From Octopus sinensis (lineage: Eukaryota), in NCBI RefSeq assembly GCF_006345805.1, contig NC_043011.1, positions 59,532,464 through 59,596,463 of the forward strand: a stretch of 64,000 nucleotides of DNA. Reading direction: 5' to 3'. Under the pieces are notes generated by a model, which saw only the letters and a list, made by a program, of their open reading frames with translations, was not told the origin of the DNA and searched no databases. Made by a program: the position numbers and the translations under genes. How positions within the stretch are numbered: the first letter of the stretch is position 1; each line of letters begins with the position of its first letter. Below, in pieces: positions 39,037 through 51,908 of this stretch.

Positions 39037-39043
39037 TATACTG

Positions 39044-39099
<56 letters not shown>

Positions 39100-39538
39100 C
39101 TTTCTTCTTTTATTCTTTTGCTTGTTTCACTCATTTGGCTGTGGCCATGCTGGAGCACCACATTAAAGTGATTTTAGTCTAAGAAATCGACCCCAGGAAT
39201 TACTTTTTGTAAGTCTGGTACTTATTCTCTTTTGCCAAACTGCTAAATTACGGAACGTAAACACACCAACATTGGCTGTCAAGCAATGACGGGAGTGTTT
39301 GAATGGTGGGAGTACAAAACACGGACACAAAGCCGCACACACATAAATAAATACATACATATATATATATATATACGACGGGCTTCTTTCATTATCCGTC
39401 TACCAAATCCATTCACAAAGCTTTGGTCGAACCCGGGGTTACGGTAGAAAACACTTGCTCCTGGTGCCACGCAGTGGGACTGAACCCGGAACCATGAGGT
39501 TGGGCAGCAAGCGACTTACCACACAGCCACGCCCGTGC
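39100..39538 (-). mobile_element. Family B SINE
   Basis: Full head, CORE-like segment and tail. Confidence 0.88.
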
Positions 39539-40052
39539 ACATATATAGACGTTTGTATAGATAGAGGTCTGTATATATGTGTGAGTGTATGGATGTGTGT
39601 GTGTGTTTGTGAGTGATAATATGCCTATTACTGAGAAATGTGAGCAACTTCATGTCAACTGAAATAAGGAAACAGTAAGAATATATAAACATCATAATTT
39701 TGTACATGTAGAAATCAAAGACACCATTCTTGGCAGTAAACACAGTTAAATATCACTTTAAATCTATAAGTTTTATATCTAATCTATGTGTCATACTTGA
39801 TGCATACAACTGCAGTATTCGTACAAGTACAATATTGCTTTTAAGCATCTACTTTCATAAGTGATGTTATATCAGGATGAATGAGGCAGTGAGTTGCCTG
39901 TCAACAATGAATATTTATTAATTATGATACATAGATGCTGCTTCGGTTGCGGAAAGCGGATAAATTAGTATTAATTCCCTTCTTCCCGTTGGTGTATAAC
40001 TAATGCAAACAGCTCACAGCACTCTAATAACTCTAATCTCCCTAAATATACC

Positions 40053-40277
40053 TATTTCTTTACTGCCCACAAGGGGCTAAACACAGAGAGGACAAACAAG
40101 GACAGACAAACGGATTAAGTCGATTATATCGACCCCGGTGCGTAACTGGTACTTATTTAATCGACCCCGAAAGGATAAAAGGCAAAGTCGATCTCGGCGG
40201 AATTTGAACTCAGAACGTAACGGCAGACGAAATACCGCTAAGCATTTCCCCCGGCGTGCTAACGATTCTGCCAGCTC
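40053..40277 (-). mobile_element. Family A SINE
   Basis: Near-consensus copy; ctccctaaata-like direct repeats on both sides. Confidence 0.92.
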
Positions 40278-40439
40278 TCCCTAAATAGACCGTTAATGTA
40301 AAAAATCAAATGTAACTTAAATAAATCGCCCAAATAATGCAACGATTACGTTTTTTGACATTTAACTTAGTAATTCTCTCCTCACTTCTTCGCCAAGGAC
40401 AGGGATCTTTACGTGTTTCTGAAGGGCGTCATCAGCGAG

Positions 40440-40940
40440 GCTCCCCTCTCTGTGCTCATGAATCGGCTTGCCAATGTTCACCTATTCACACTGTGTTATG
40501 CTGGATGCTTACAATGAACTAGGTTCCTGTTTCTAGCCCATTCTTTGATGCCGTTCACAAGCTTCTTTAACGGCATCCTGCTCTCTTCCTCTTAATATTT
40601 GATGCTTTGATGGTTTTAGCCAATAACTTGTGGCGCATTGTATGTCCAGACTATGATAGGGGTTTGTCCATTTCGTTATTGACAATAGGTGTCTTTGGAG
40701 GTTCAGCTTTTCTTGTACTGCAGCGTTTGTTACCCTGTCTTTCCAGTTTACCTGGAATACTCTGCGAATGATCCACGTCTAAAAAGCATCCACGTCTGAA
40801 AGGCATCTGAAAGGCATCAATCAACTTTTCTCTATTGCTCTGTTAATTGCCCTAGTTTCTGTCCCATACCGGGTAATTAGCATAATTATAACAGTTTACA
40901 AACCTCATTTTTATGTGTAGTGTTATGTCTTTGAAGCTAA
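40440..40940 (-). mobile_element. Decayed RTE LINE (post-RT region)
   Basis: ITLHIKMR...YGTETRAINRAIEK-LIDAF...WIIRRVFQVNWKDRVTNAAVQEKL, typical of RTE/BovB. Confidence 0.8.
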
Positions 40941-41309
40941 CGAGGAAGGATGTAATAAGAGCGAAACGTGTACATGGTTGTCACGATCGTTGTACTTGAA
41001 TGAGTGTCATTGCTTTGAGGTTTTAATATATTTTCTCTAACCGCATGGTTAGTTTCTAGTTTGCTTTTTGATTCTCCCATCATTAAAATATCTTAACACT
41101 AACTTAATGATTAACTTACTTTAACGTGTAGGTTCTTAAATATAAGGGATATACAAGTATTGTATCTTTCCTAATAATATATTGTATCGACTCTGCATAA
41201 GGGAAGGGGGAAATCGAACGTAGCAAGGTGTGAGTCGAGACTGTAGAAGGATGTTTCTGTATTTTGTACGTAAAGCATTTAGTCGTCTCTGCTACCGTTT
41301 CTTCCCCTT

Positions 41310-42230
41310 CATTGCTTCTCTCGATTACTATAATAAAGCTAACACTATTCCACTAAAATCGATGATGAGACTAAAACAACAGCAACAGATTTGAAAATCC
41401 TGAAATTGCTTCGCATTTTCAAATTATTATTTTAGTTAATCGTATTCAGGAAAGCTAGTGTGTCTGAATGCAAGATTAAAACGGCGCTACACTACATCAC
41501 TGGTGCTATAGCAACGCAGACAGTCAATATCGCAAACGGAATATTCCGTGGAGACCTCAGTCGCACCATTAATATTTTCTCTTGCTTTTGGATGCGCTGG
41601 CGTGCTGACCTCCATTAGAAGTGGTTAAAGGATAGGTAAATATATATAAATCATATTCAGTTTATACAGAAATCCTACCAAACTCTATAGTAATTCTGAT
41701 ATACAGTTGGAATACATTTTTTTTCTTCGTAACAAATAAAACAATTTTTTTTTCCAGAGATTTTTGAAAAATGAGAACTACTAAGCTAGCTACAGATTAC
41801 AGAAAAAGAAAGAACAAGTTCAGCTTACAAATATCGATATGTCAGTTAACGGTTAAAACATCGTGCCAAAATGAAAAATAAAGCAAGTCGCAAACTTAAA
41901 CAGATCCTGTGTTTTTGATTGATCCTAAAAGCGTAAAATAAATATGTAAGTTAAGATGAGACTAACCAACAATGTGTACGTGACTTCAGAAACTTATAAC
42001 TTCATTGTAATAATTAGAGGATACATGAGATTCAAGTAGTATGGACACAGCCTAGAAAACAAAACACAAAATTCAATTTAGATCATCTCCAAATGCTGAT
42101 GTGTGCTGCATTTACATATCGATCCAGCAGAGAGACATGTAGCCTACACAGTTTGAGATGAACTCGAACGACCATAAAACATCTGTAATGTATTTATCAG
42201 TCTAGCGAAGATGGGAAACAGTGGTAATCT
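41310..42230 (+). mobile_element. Decayed R4-clade reverse transcriptase
   Basis: DYYNKANTIP (DYKKAFDSVP), VNIANGIFRGDLS-PLIF (GIFQGDSLSPLLF), NHIQFI and PNADVCCIYI (HPKADVDRLYI) occur in the correct order. Confidence 0.7.
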
Positions 42231-42330
42231 TCTTAGAGTGAAGAGATGGTGGATCCTTGAGTGAGGTTAGTGAAGTCATTGCAACACAACAGAGAGGTTA
42301 AACGGAATTAATGCAGCCGGCCCTGTGAAG

Positions 42331-43276
42331 TTGCGACCGATTAATGTTGCATGGAATAAATGTGGCAGATTTTGTATGACTGATGAATGTTGCAGGTTAG
42401 TAAACTTGGTGTATTTAACATTGCAGATTTGTGCACGTTGATGCATTTAATGTTAATGCCTGAAATAGGTTTACTCATTCGAACTTGTAAATGCTGCACA
42501 GTTAATGTTGCATGGTTAAAGCGGTGAATATGGCGCAGTTAATGTTGCATACGTAAAAAGGTACAAGTAGTGCATTTAATATTGCAGATTTAAGACAGTG
42601 ATACAGTGCAGTTAATGTTGCATATTTAAGAAGGTGCATATGATGCAGTTAATACTGCAGCTTTATGAAAGTAGAGGTGATGCAGTTAATTTTGAATAGT
42701 TAAAAAGATGCAGTGATGCAGTACTTAATACTGCACATTAAGGTTGAAGCTGGTGAAGTTAATGTTGCATATAAGGAGGAGGGTTGCAGTTAATGTTGCA
42801 TATTAAGATAATTTCTTTCAGACGATCATGTAAAAATGGTGGACTTAATGTTGCAGATAAGTTGATGGACTTTAGTGCAACTAGTTTCGAGGATTAGTGG
42901 TTGGTGTTGGTTAATTCTGGATAGTTAAAAGAATGAAGCGATGCAAGTGATACAGCGACGTATTGCAGATTAATGTAAAAATAGTGAAATTCTTGCATAC
43001 TCATTATATTTATGGTGCAGTAAATGTTGCATATTTATAACATTAATAATGCTGTTAAATTTGCATGTTTAAGAAGAGTGGTTCTTGGACGATGCGGCCA
43101 ATGTTGCACAAAAATAAAAACTGGTTCAGTCAATCTGCAAAAGTGTTGCAGACAGAAAGCTAAATATTGATGCAGATGATGCTGCACACTATCAACTAGT
43201 GCCGATGCAGTTAATGTTGCAGGTAAATAGGCTCAAATGATTGTTATATTTTTGTGGTTACGTAGTTAATTTTACA
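42331..43276 (+). repeat. Degenerate array of about 25 units, period about 37 bp, conserved core TGCAGTTAATGTTGCA
   Basis: Cores at 42534, 42571, 42607, 42644, 42681, 42717, 42754, 42785, 42840, 43016, 43050, 43093, 43171, 43206 and others. Confidence 0.85.
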
Positions 43277-43912
43277 TATATGCGTGTATATATATATATA
43301 TATATAAAGACTTTTTCTATTCCTGAGCGCTATACTAATACATCTGTTTGTTTTGTACACCACCTCTCTTCGCCTTTTGTTGTGTTTTTTTCGTAAACTC
43401 TCCCAATATAGATATATATATATGGATATATATGTGTGTGTGCGTGCGTGTGTGTGTATGTGTGTGTGTGCGTGCGTATGAATTTATGTGTATATATAAA
43501 AATTAAATCTCCTGCTAGTTAATTCAAGATCCATTGACGACAATACAACCTTCATTTAACTAAGGTATCTTCGCCCAGATGAGTTTAAGTAGTGGATTAC
43601 CCCTCACTGGGTGATTATTACGTCCGAGGTTCTGCTATCCGGGAAACATATATAGCCTGGAATTTACCTGCTCCTTTCCCCCAATTTGCTTTTTTTTACG
43701 CATCCATAGCAAACAAAGATGCTAACTGTGAAATATAAAAGTAACTTTTTCCAGCTCATCGAACTTCAATATGGGAAAATCCTACAACCTTATACGCCAA
43801 TAAACTATTATTGTTCTGAAGGTCGTTCTTTTATGCATACTACTGACTGCTCGAGGCTTACTAACTCCCTACACGTTGATCCTTGGAAATTACAATTATA
43901 TATTATATATAC

Positions 43913-43974
<62 letters not shown>

Positions 43975-44134
43975 TTGTGTTTGTTATATCCTCCCCCGCC
44001 ATCGCTTGACAACTGATGCTGGTGTGTTTGCGTCCCTATGATCTAGCGGTTTGGCAAAAGTGGTCGATAGAATAAGTACTAGGCTTACAAAGAATACATT
44101 TCAAAATCTAACTAGATGCGGATCGTTGGCGATA

Positions 44135-44295
44135 TGTTTCCTCCGTCTCCTGTTTCAGACGAAGAGCGTCTGCTCGAAACGTAAAACCATCTTTCTTTCT
44201 TTCCCTGAACGTCTGCTAATACTTTACATGTACCACATCCTCGCGTTGTTGTTTTTTACTTGTTGTGTTTGTTCTTTGTTTTTTTCTTCTTGGAT
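44135..44295 (+). mobile_element. Penelope-like terminal-repeat remnant with mutated hammerhead (44152-44187)
   Basis: guuu CAGACGA A GAGC-gucu-GCUC GAAA CG UA aaac; homologous to 47150-47290. Confidence 0.65.
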
Positions 44296-44319
44296 ATATA
44301 TATATATTCTTTTATACTG

Positions 44320-44722
44320 TTACTTCTTTCAGTCATTTGACTGCGGCCATGCTGGAGCACCGCCTTAAAGGGTTGGGCTTTTAGTCGAAGAAATTGACAA
44401 CAGGACTTATTTTTGTAAGCTTAGGAGTTATTTTATCGGCCTCTTTTGCCGAACCCCTAAGTCACAGGGACGCAAACACACCAACATCGGTTGTCAAGCG
44501 ATGGTGGGGGAACAAACTCAGACACAAGCACACACACACACACACACAGACACATATATATATATGCACAACGGGCTTCTTTCAGTTTCTGTCTACCAAA
44601 TGCACTCACGAAGGTTCGGTCGGCCCGAGGCTATAGTAGAAGACACCCGCCCAAGGTGCCACGCAGTGGGACTGAACCCAGAACTATGTGGTTGGGAAGC
44701 AAGCTTCTTACCACACAGCCAC
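44320..44722 (-). mobile_element. Family B SINE
   Basis: Matches the family consensus. Confidence 0.88.
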
Positions 44723-45154
44723 ATTTATATGAATTCGGTGCAATTATTTCTGCAGACAAATAGGATAAGGAGGCAGAGTTAATGCTGAGGACACTTAAAT
44801 GGATGTAATGCAGCGTTGGACGCTGTGGGTTTCTTGTTGAAACTCGAGTCTGCTCCTGTTGCGCATACTTATCATCAACATCGCTTGTGTTTATATACCT
44901 TGGAGTACATTGTTTAAACGTGCTATTCTGTGTTATTTTCGACAGAGGATGTGATTTGAAAGAGAGATTTCACAAAGCAACCCAGTGATTGTTGGATTGC
45001 AAATTAGTCGATGAATGTGGTGCAGTTTCTTGAACATTCATAAATAAAAGAAAGAAGAGTACATAAATAGATATAAATATGAGAACAATTATTGGCTGAA
45101 ATACTGTTTCTAGGAATTAAAAACGGGAAGCATTATTGGAGACGGAAGAAAAAT

Positions 45155-45363
45155 CTTTTCTACTCTAGGCACAAGGCCCGAAGTTTTGGGGGAGAGGACC
45201 AGTCGATTAGATCGACCCCAGTACCCAACTGGTACTTAATTTATCGACCCTGAAAGGATGAAAGGTAAAGTCGACCTTGGCGGACTTTGGACTCAGAATG
45301 TAGCGGCAGACGAAACACTGCTAAGCATTTCGCCCGCGTGCTAACGATTCTGCCAGCTCGCCA
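45155..45363 (-). mobile_element. Family A SINE
   Basis: Matches the family consensus. Confidence 0.9.
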
Positions 45364-46435
45364 ACAATGTGTAGGGATTATGGTTTAACATGATGAAATA
45401 TATATATGTGTTTGTGTGTGTGTGTGCGTGTGTATGTGCGTGCGTGTGTGTGTGAGTGTGTATGTACGTGTGTGTGTGCTTCCACCATTTGTCTACCAGT
45501 GTTGATTTGGTTGCGTTTCCATTACACAGTGTTCCCGTAACAACCACACTTCAAAACATAGAACAAAGTGGTGCTCTAGCATGGCCACAATTCAATGACC
45601 GAAACAAGTGAAAAATAAAAGAAATATTGAATAATATTACCCAAAATGATGTTGCCAAACATACCACTGCTACGAATGTCTGTAATCATGCGCTTTCGAG
45701 GCTCGGTTTCAAGAACTGTTTGAAAGAGAATTTTTTTTTAAAGCCTCACACGTTCTCTTTATAGCTATGATTAAACCAAAACACTTAAAATTTCTTTCGC
45801 AACCAGCAAATGCTTAGACTGTTGATGGCTGCTGGACATTTTACGAGGCAACAATAAAGTTTACATTGGAATAATGTTCACATTTTTCAATTGAGACATC
45901 TATCATTTTATAGGCCACGTCAGTAATAATTCTATTTACGTGACAGTTGCACTTTCTATGATACAGATCAACGAGCAAAAAGTTTTATTCTCTGTATCTC
46001 ATCTGTCCTTACGACAACCAACGCTGTTCTATTGAAATTACCACTCTAACACCACCACCTATACTTACTAACCTCTGTCTCACTGTCTCCTCATTGTTCT
46101 TTCTCTGCTGCTACTGCTGAGGTTGCTGCCTTTCGGAGTTGGTTGGTTTCAAGCAACCACTTGAGTTTAGCAACCCTCCAACAACAACAACAACCATTTC
46201 GTTTCTCTTTCCCTCGTCGCCCATAATATTTCAATAAGCAGCATTGACTACTTTCCCTCAGCCGTTCCTCTCTTGCTCCTGGTCATTGTGGAATTTCCTC
46301 TCATTCATCCAATAATCCTCCAGCCGCCGTCCAATTGCATCGATTTCACCAACTCCACTGGACCTCCATAAACCATGGGAACAACATTTTGTCCCAGAAT
46401 TTAACAACACGTGATACGCATTCTTTCTCGCTTTC

Positions 46436-46746
46436 GGCACTCCGTTGGTTATGACGACGAGGGTTCCAGTTGATCCGATCAATGGAAAAGATTGCTCGTG
46501 ATTTTCAACCTGCACTCCGCGGACACATCTACCCTTAATGCAGTTCTCTGGGAGATTCAGCGTGACGCGGAATGTTCTAAGGCGACCGTTTGAATTACAG
46601 GTACCACTCATTTTTGACAGTTGAGTGGACTGGAGTAACGTGAAATAAAGTGTCTTGCTTAAGGACTCGACACGCCGCCTAGAATCAAACCCACGACCTT
46701 ACGATTGTGAAACAAATACACTAACCACTAAGCTACGCGCCTTCAC
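46436..46746 (-). mobile_element. Family D SINE (tail type 1)
   Basis: gtgaaggcgcgtagcttagtggttag head, gtccttaagcaagacact CORE-like segment, tail shared with 18363. Confidence 0.85.
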
Positions 46747-47233
46747 GATAGCCATATCATGCTTATATTCGGACCAGCTATTCATCTCCTCCTTCCATTC
46801 TTTTTTCTCTTAATCCTTTCTACTGAAGAGCGTAGGCTAGAAACGTAAAACACCTGACACACCTGCTTATTGTTCCTACACCTATCTTGGTCCTTTGTTT
46901 TCTGTAAATTTGAACGATATATATGTATATATGCATGTATGTATGTATGTATCTATGTATGTATGCATGTATGTATGTATGAATATATGTATGAATATAT
47001 GTATGTATATACGTATATATATACATATATATACATATATATATATTTATATATATCACGTGATCGACCAGACTATCAGATGTTGCTACACATCGCTGGT
47101 CACAATGCGCTTCGCATTGCTTTAGCCCTCAAATGACGCCACCCCGTTAATCCAAACATGAAAACACAACAACGTGAGGACGTGAAACAAATATAGTCTT
47201 ATTGGACGCTCTGGAAAGAAGGAAAGAAGGAGG

Positions 47234-47268
47234 GTTTAACGTTTCGAGCGGAGCTCTTCGTCAGAAAC
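47234..47268 (-). ncRNA. Minimal type I hammerhead motif with intact core
   Basis: guuu CUGACGA A GAGC-ucc-GCUC GAAA CG UU aaac. Confidence 0.75.
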
Positions 47269-47318
47269 ATAGGAAAAGGAAAAAAATCGCCAACGGTACA
47301 CAAGCGGTCACTCTTTGA

Positions 47319-47393
<75 letters not shown>

Positions 47394-47564
47394 AGCATGG
47401 CTATATACGCGTATGAAATCTTGTACATGGACACAAGCCGAACAATTTGATGAAACGCTTAGTCGAACATATCAACCCTTGTAGAATGAAAGTCAAATAT
47501 TATGACATTCGTCTGGACTGAACTCCGCCTATAATGTGCCCCCACCAGACGCTCTCGCTGTCGT

Positions 47565-47883
47565 TGAATCGCGGTTTCGATTCCCAGACCGGGCGTTGTG
47601 TTTATTGAGCGAAAACACCTAAAGCTCCACGAGGCAGGGGTCGTGGCGAACCCTGCTGTACTCTTTCACTACAACTTTCTCTCACTCTTTCTTCCAGTTT
47701 CTGTTGTACCTGTATTTCAAAAGACCGGCCTTGGTACGCTCAGTGTCACGCTAAATCTCCCTGAGAACTACTTTAGGGGTACACGTTTCTGTGATGACCT
47801 CAGCCACTTGCGCGTTAATTGCACGAGGAGTTTGTTCCGTTGATCTGATCAACTGGAACCCTCGTCGTCATAACCGACGGAGT
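47565..47883 (+). mobile_element. Family C SINE, 5'-truncated
   Basis: Matches 18415-18746. Confidence 0.88.
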
Positions 47884-48491
47884 ATCACGATATGTATGTA
47901 TGTATGTATGTATAAAATCACGAAGTTGTTAACGCCTGGCATGCGATCTGATAGAGTGTTGCAATTGAGATGCAGTGACGATCGAAGTGTCATTTTAGCC
48001 ATTAGCACAGACAAACCGTTAATTTCAATGTTATATTTACTTTTTAAGCAAACAGTCCATTACAGCAAAATACATTATCGCTCTTCTGCGACCTGGTCAT
48101 TGACACGGTTTCACAACCTGTGTTCAAAGTCGCTTACCAGCGAGTTTCTTCTAAGCCTCGGGTGGTTTAATTTCCTTTTACCTCTCCCATGACTTTCCTG
48201 TTGAACTTTGAAGCTCTGTGTTGTCTTTGTAGGAATTTCGAACGCCTAGTTCTTCACTCACTTTCGATTTTCTGTTCTCTCTCTCACCCCCTCTCTCCCT
48301 CCCTCCCCCCCTCTCTCTCTCTCTGTATGTGTATATATTTGTGTGTATGTATAAATGTCTATTTATATGTTTCTATATATATGTGTGTGTGTGTGTGTGT
48401 GTATACATATGCATATATATATGTGTGTGTGTGTATAAATGAATATTTATGTGTATGTATATATATATGTGTGTGTGTGTATGTAGATATA

Positions 48492-48721
48492 TATTTCTTT
48501 ACTACCCACAAGGGGCTAAACACAGACGGGACAAATAAGGACAGACAAACGGATTAAGTCGATTACATCGACCCCAGTGAACTGGTACTTAATTTATCGA
48601 CCCCGAAAGGATGAAAGGCAAAGTCGACCTCGGCGGAATTTGAACTCAGAACGTAGCGGCAGACAAAATACCGCTAAGCATTTCGCCCGGCATGCTAACG
48701 TTTCTGCCAGCTCGCCGCCTT
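48492..48721 (-). mobile_element. Family A SINE
   Basis: Near-consensus copy. Confidence 0.92.
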
Positions 48722-48771
48722 AATGTATGTAGATATATATGCATACATGTATTTATATATGCATATATATA

Positions 48772-48811
<40 letters not shown>

Positions 48812-48901
48812 TATGTGAATATGTATATTTATATATGCATATATATATGTATGCATATGTGTATAATTATATATGTGTGTGTATACATGTGTGTATGTGT
48901 T

Positions 48902-48932
<31 letters not shown>

Positions 48933-48999
48933 GCGTGTGTGTGTGTGTGTATCACATATTTATTTGTCCGTTGTCATCACTACCACTACTACTACTATT

Positions 49000-49051
<52 letters not shown>

Positions 49052-50601
49052 GTTTTATACTTAGTAATATTTTCCCCACGGTAGTTTGCTTTTGAACTTT
49101 GTGAGGTCGCCTGCCATGTTTGTACTTTGTGTTTCAGAATATGTTTGAAATATTTGCTTAAAGTACAATTCTATTAACATTCGCTTGTTGCTAAATTGAT
49201 GTATTTAACCTTTAATGGCAAAAACAAAGTGAAAAAAACACAAACCAATATAGATTACGGTATATTTGTATGTGCATAATAATATGAAATTGTCAGCGTG
49301 CGTGTCTGTATGAATATCTGTACAGACGTATTGTTACATGTAGATATACATGTAATATATGTATACGTATGTGTGCGTGCGTATGTGTGTCTCTGTCTGT
49401 GTCTGTTTACATATATAGAGATACAATATCGATTATACGGTATATTTTTTCCATAGCATTTTCCAGATTGATGATTGTTTCCAATCAGGGGTTTTCCCTT
49501 TGACCAGACACTCTAATTGAGACAAATATTAAATTTATTTAAATAATAAGCCCCGGGGTCGAGTTGCTCGATTAAAGGCGGTGCTCCAGCATGGCCGCAG
49601 TCAAATGACTGAGACAAGTAAAAGAATAAAAGAAAAGAAAGAATTAAAATTAAGCATAGGTACCTGTACACTAGTGTAGATTTGTGCAGATTATAAGTTC
49701 CGGACCATCAGTGTCCGGAAAATTCGGTGTTGTACCGTTATAATTTTGCTCACACATACTTACACACTTACACACATATGTGTGTTAACGTGAGCGCATA
49801 TGTGTACACACATGTTTATATTTATAAAACTGGTCTAAGTAGAGAAGGGAATACGCTTACTTTTAGGTACCGATTTTTGATCTTCCTCCAATCAGTTTTA
49901 CGGTTGTAGTCTCATATTTTGGGGGAATGATTTCACAGGGTCTCTCGAATATCGGACATTATTCTTTGTGATATTTAGAGCGACTGTTTGCATTCTAAGT
50001 TCAAATCCTGCTGAGACCAATTTTGACCTCCTCCTCCTCCTTTCGGGGTCAGTTAAAAAGTACCCATCCAAGGAGATGGACCAGCGGAATTATAACAACG
50101 TCGAGTCAGATACTTTACAGTAGTTATTTCTATTCTTTGTATTCTGAGATCGAACCTCTTCTTCCTTTACGAGGAATTCGCTCTGTTGCAGGGATTTAGG
50201 CCAGATTTCTTCTGATCTATGGATATTTACTGCTCTGTCTCGGATGTTCTGTAAAGTACCATGAGCACTCGTGACTAAAGATGTTAGAAGTAACTATTTT
50301 TTCCTTATTTCCTTATCTCACAACACCATAGGAATGGCAACGTCTCCAACTGTTCCAACCCAAATTGTGCCGCCTTTCGTCTGTTTAAAATATGTCCGAG
50401 TTGTTGATCTCCAATGTGTTCCTCGGCAGCAGTAAAGTTGACGCCAACAGCAGGTTTCAAATGTGTTTCTGGTGTCTTTATTATTTAAAAAGAAGGGTTT
50501 CATTCGATTTGTTTAGTCCAAACCTACCAGCTGAATGTGATTTTTTGAATTGCAAAACTTCTAGTCAGAATACAGTTTATATTTGAAAGATGAGGAATTA
50601 T

Positions 50602-50820
50602 GAACATTATTTACATTATTTAGATTTGACGGATATTTGTCCTCATCTTGTTTGTTGTTAACACAATGTTTCGGGTGACATACTCTTCAGCCTTCTTCAG
50701 GTTCGAAATTTCCCCAAAACACCTGATGAAGGCTGGAGAGTATATCAGCCGAAACGTTGTGTTAACAATAAACAAGATGAGGACAATTCTCCGTCGAATA
50801 TAAATAATGTAAATAATGTT
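50602..50820. mobile_element. Imperfect palindrome of the hammerhead-bearing repeat
   Basis: About 100-bp inverted arms; same family as 2557-2670. Confidence 0.85.
50718..50763 (+). ncRNA. Minimal type I hammerhead motif (decayed mirror copy on minus strand at 50661-50704)
   Basis: aacac CUGAUGA A GGCUG-gagaguauau-CAGCC GAAA CG UU guguu. Confidence 0.75.
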
Positions 50821-51350
50821 TTAGTGAGAAGCCTACTTAGTTTTGGCCGAGTACATCAGAGGTCCTCAAGAGTATATTTGGGAATATATATTCCTTGCTA
50901 GATGCCAAAGAAGACCCAAATCATTTGAATCGACAATACCACTTCATTTGCATTAACCAGTTCCACAAATTTTCGAAGTAAAGTTTCGTCAGTAGGTGAA
51001 ATGTAGTGATATCATGTCCATTCTTAGAATAATCTAGTTGATGAGATCATATTCATAGTTGCACTCGTCAACTCTTTCGTTTTATCACATATATCAATGA
51101 TAGTTCTATTATCAGGTAAAATTTGCGATGTGTGCGTGCGTGTATGGAGGGTACGTGTGTGTGTGTGTATGTATGTGTGCTTCTGTGTACATAAATTCGA
51201 TTTTAGCAGTTGAACTGGAAGAAGATGAAGTTATTTTCATTTTATTTAAATTATCATTTTCATTTTTGTCAGCGTTTCTGTTATAGACACGAACTTAGCA
51301 AGAACTAGAAGTTAATAAGCATACATTTCCAACTTTCTTTGTTGCCATAC

Positions 51351-51393
<43 letters not shown>

Positions 51394-51866
51394 ATATATA
51401 TATACATATTGCGAACTATCTCTGCAAACATTTAAAATGAGTTCCCATATGGCAATCCGTGCTACAAATAAGTACTATTGGCGGAAAAAGAGATGGAATG
51501 ATAGCAAATTGAACAAATGAATAAATTTAGAATACTGGTAGAAAAGAATGAAGAATGAACAAATTGAATTTGGAAGTGTTTCAGGGCCCATAAGCCAAGA
51601 GTTCAAACTACAATAGTAGAATAATCGCAACGGGGTAAAGTTCAACAAATAAGAAAAAGAGAACAGAAATAGTAATTCCCGATGTTTATAAAAATTTGCT
51701 GGTAACAAGTTTCCAACAGATTCAAAGGAAATCGTAAGTGATGACGTTGTAGAAAGGCGGGAGAGAAAAATAGAATTGGTGACGTAATAGGTTGTTCTTT
51801 GAAGGAGTGAACACGAATGGAATATAACAGTTGTGTGTTTTGGAAGGTTCTTCCTACAATGAAACC

Positions 51867-51908
<42 letters not shown>

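Noticed and set aside
40405-40440. Hammerhead-like CUGAUGA...GAAA...GUA on the minus strand
   Set aside because: Neither stem II nor stem I can pair.
42331-43276. CRISPR array
   Set aside because: Eukaryotic context, degenerate 16-bp repeat, mutually related spacers and no cas genes; kept as an unexplained array.
50100-51100. Possible very old RTE reverse-transcriptase remnants (also about 16660-17230, 17930-18300, 22860-23330, 26580-26860, 60780-61000)
   Set aside because: Only faint motif echoes; cannot be supported without an alignment search.
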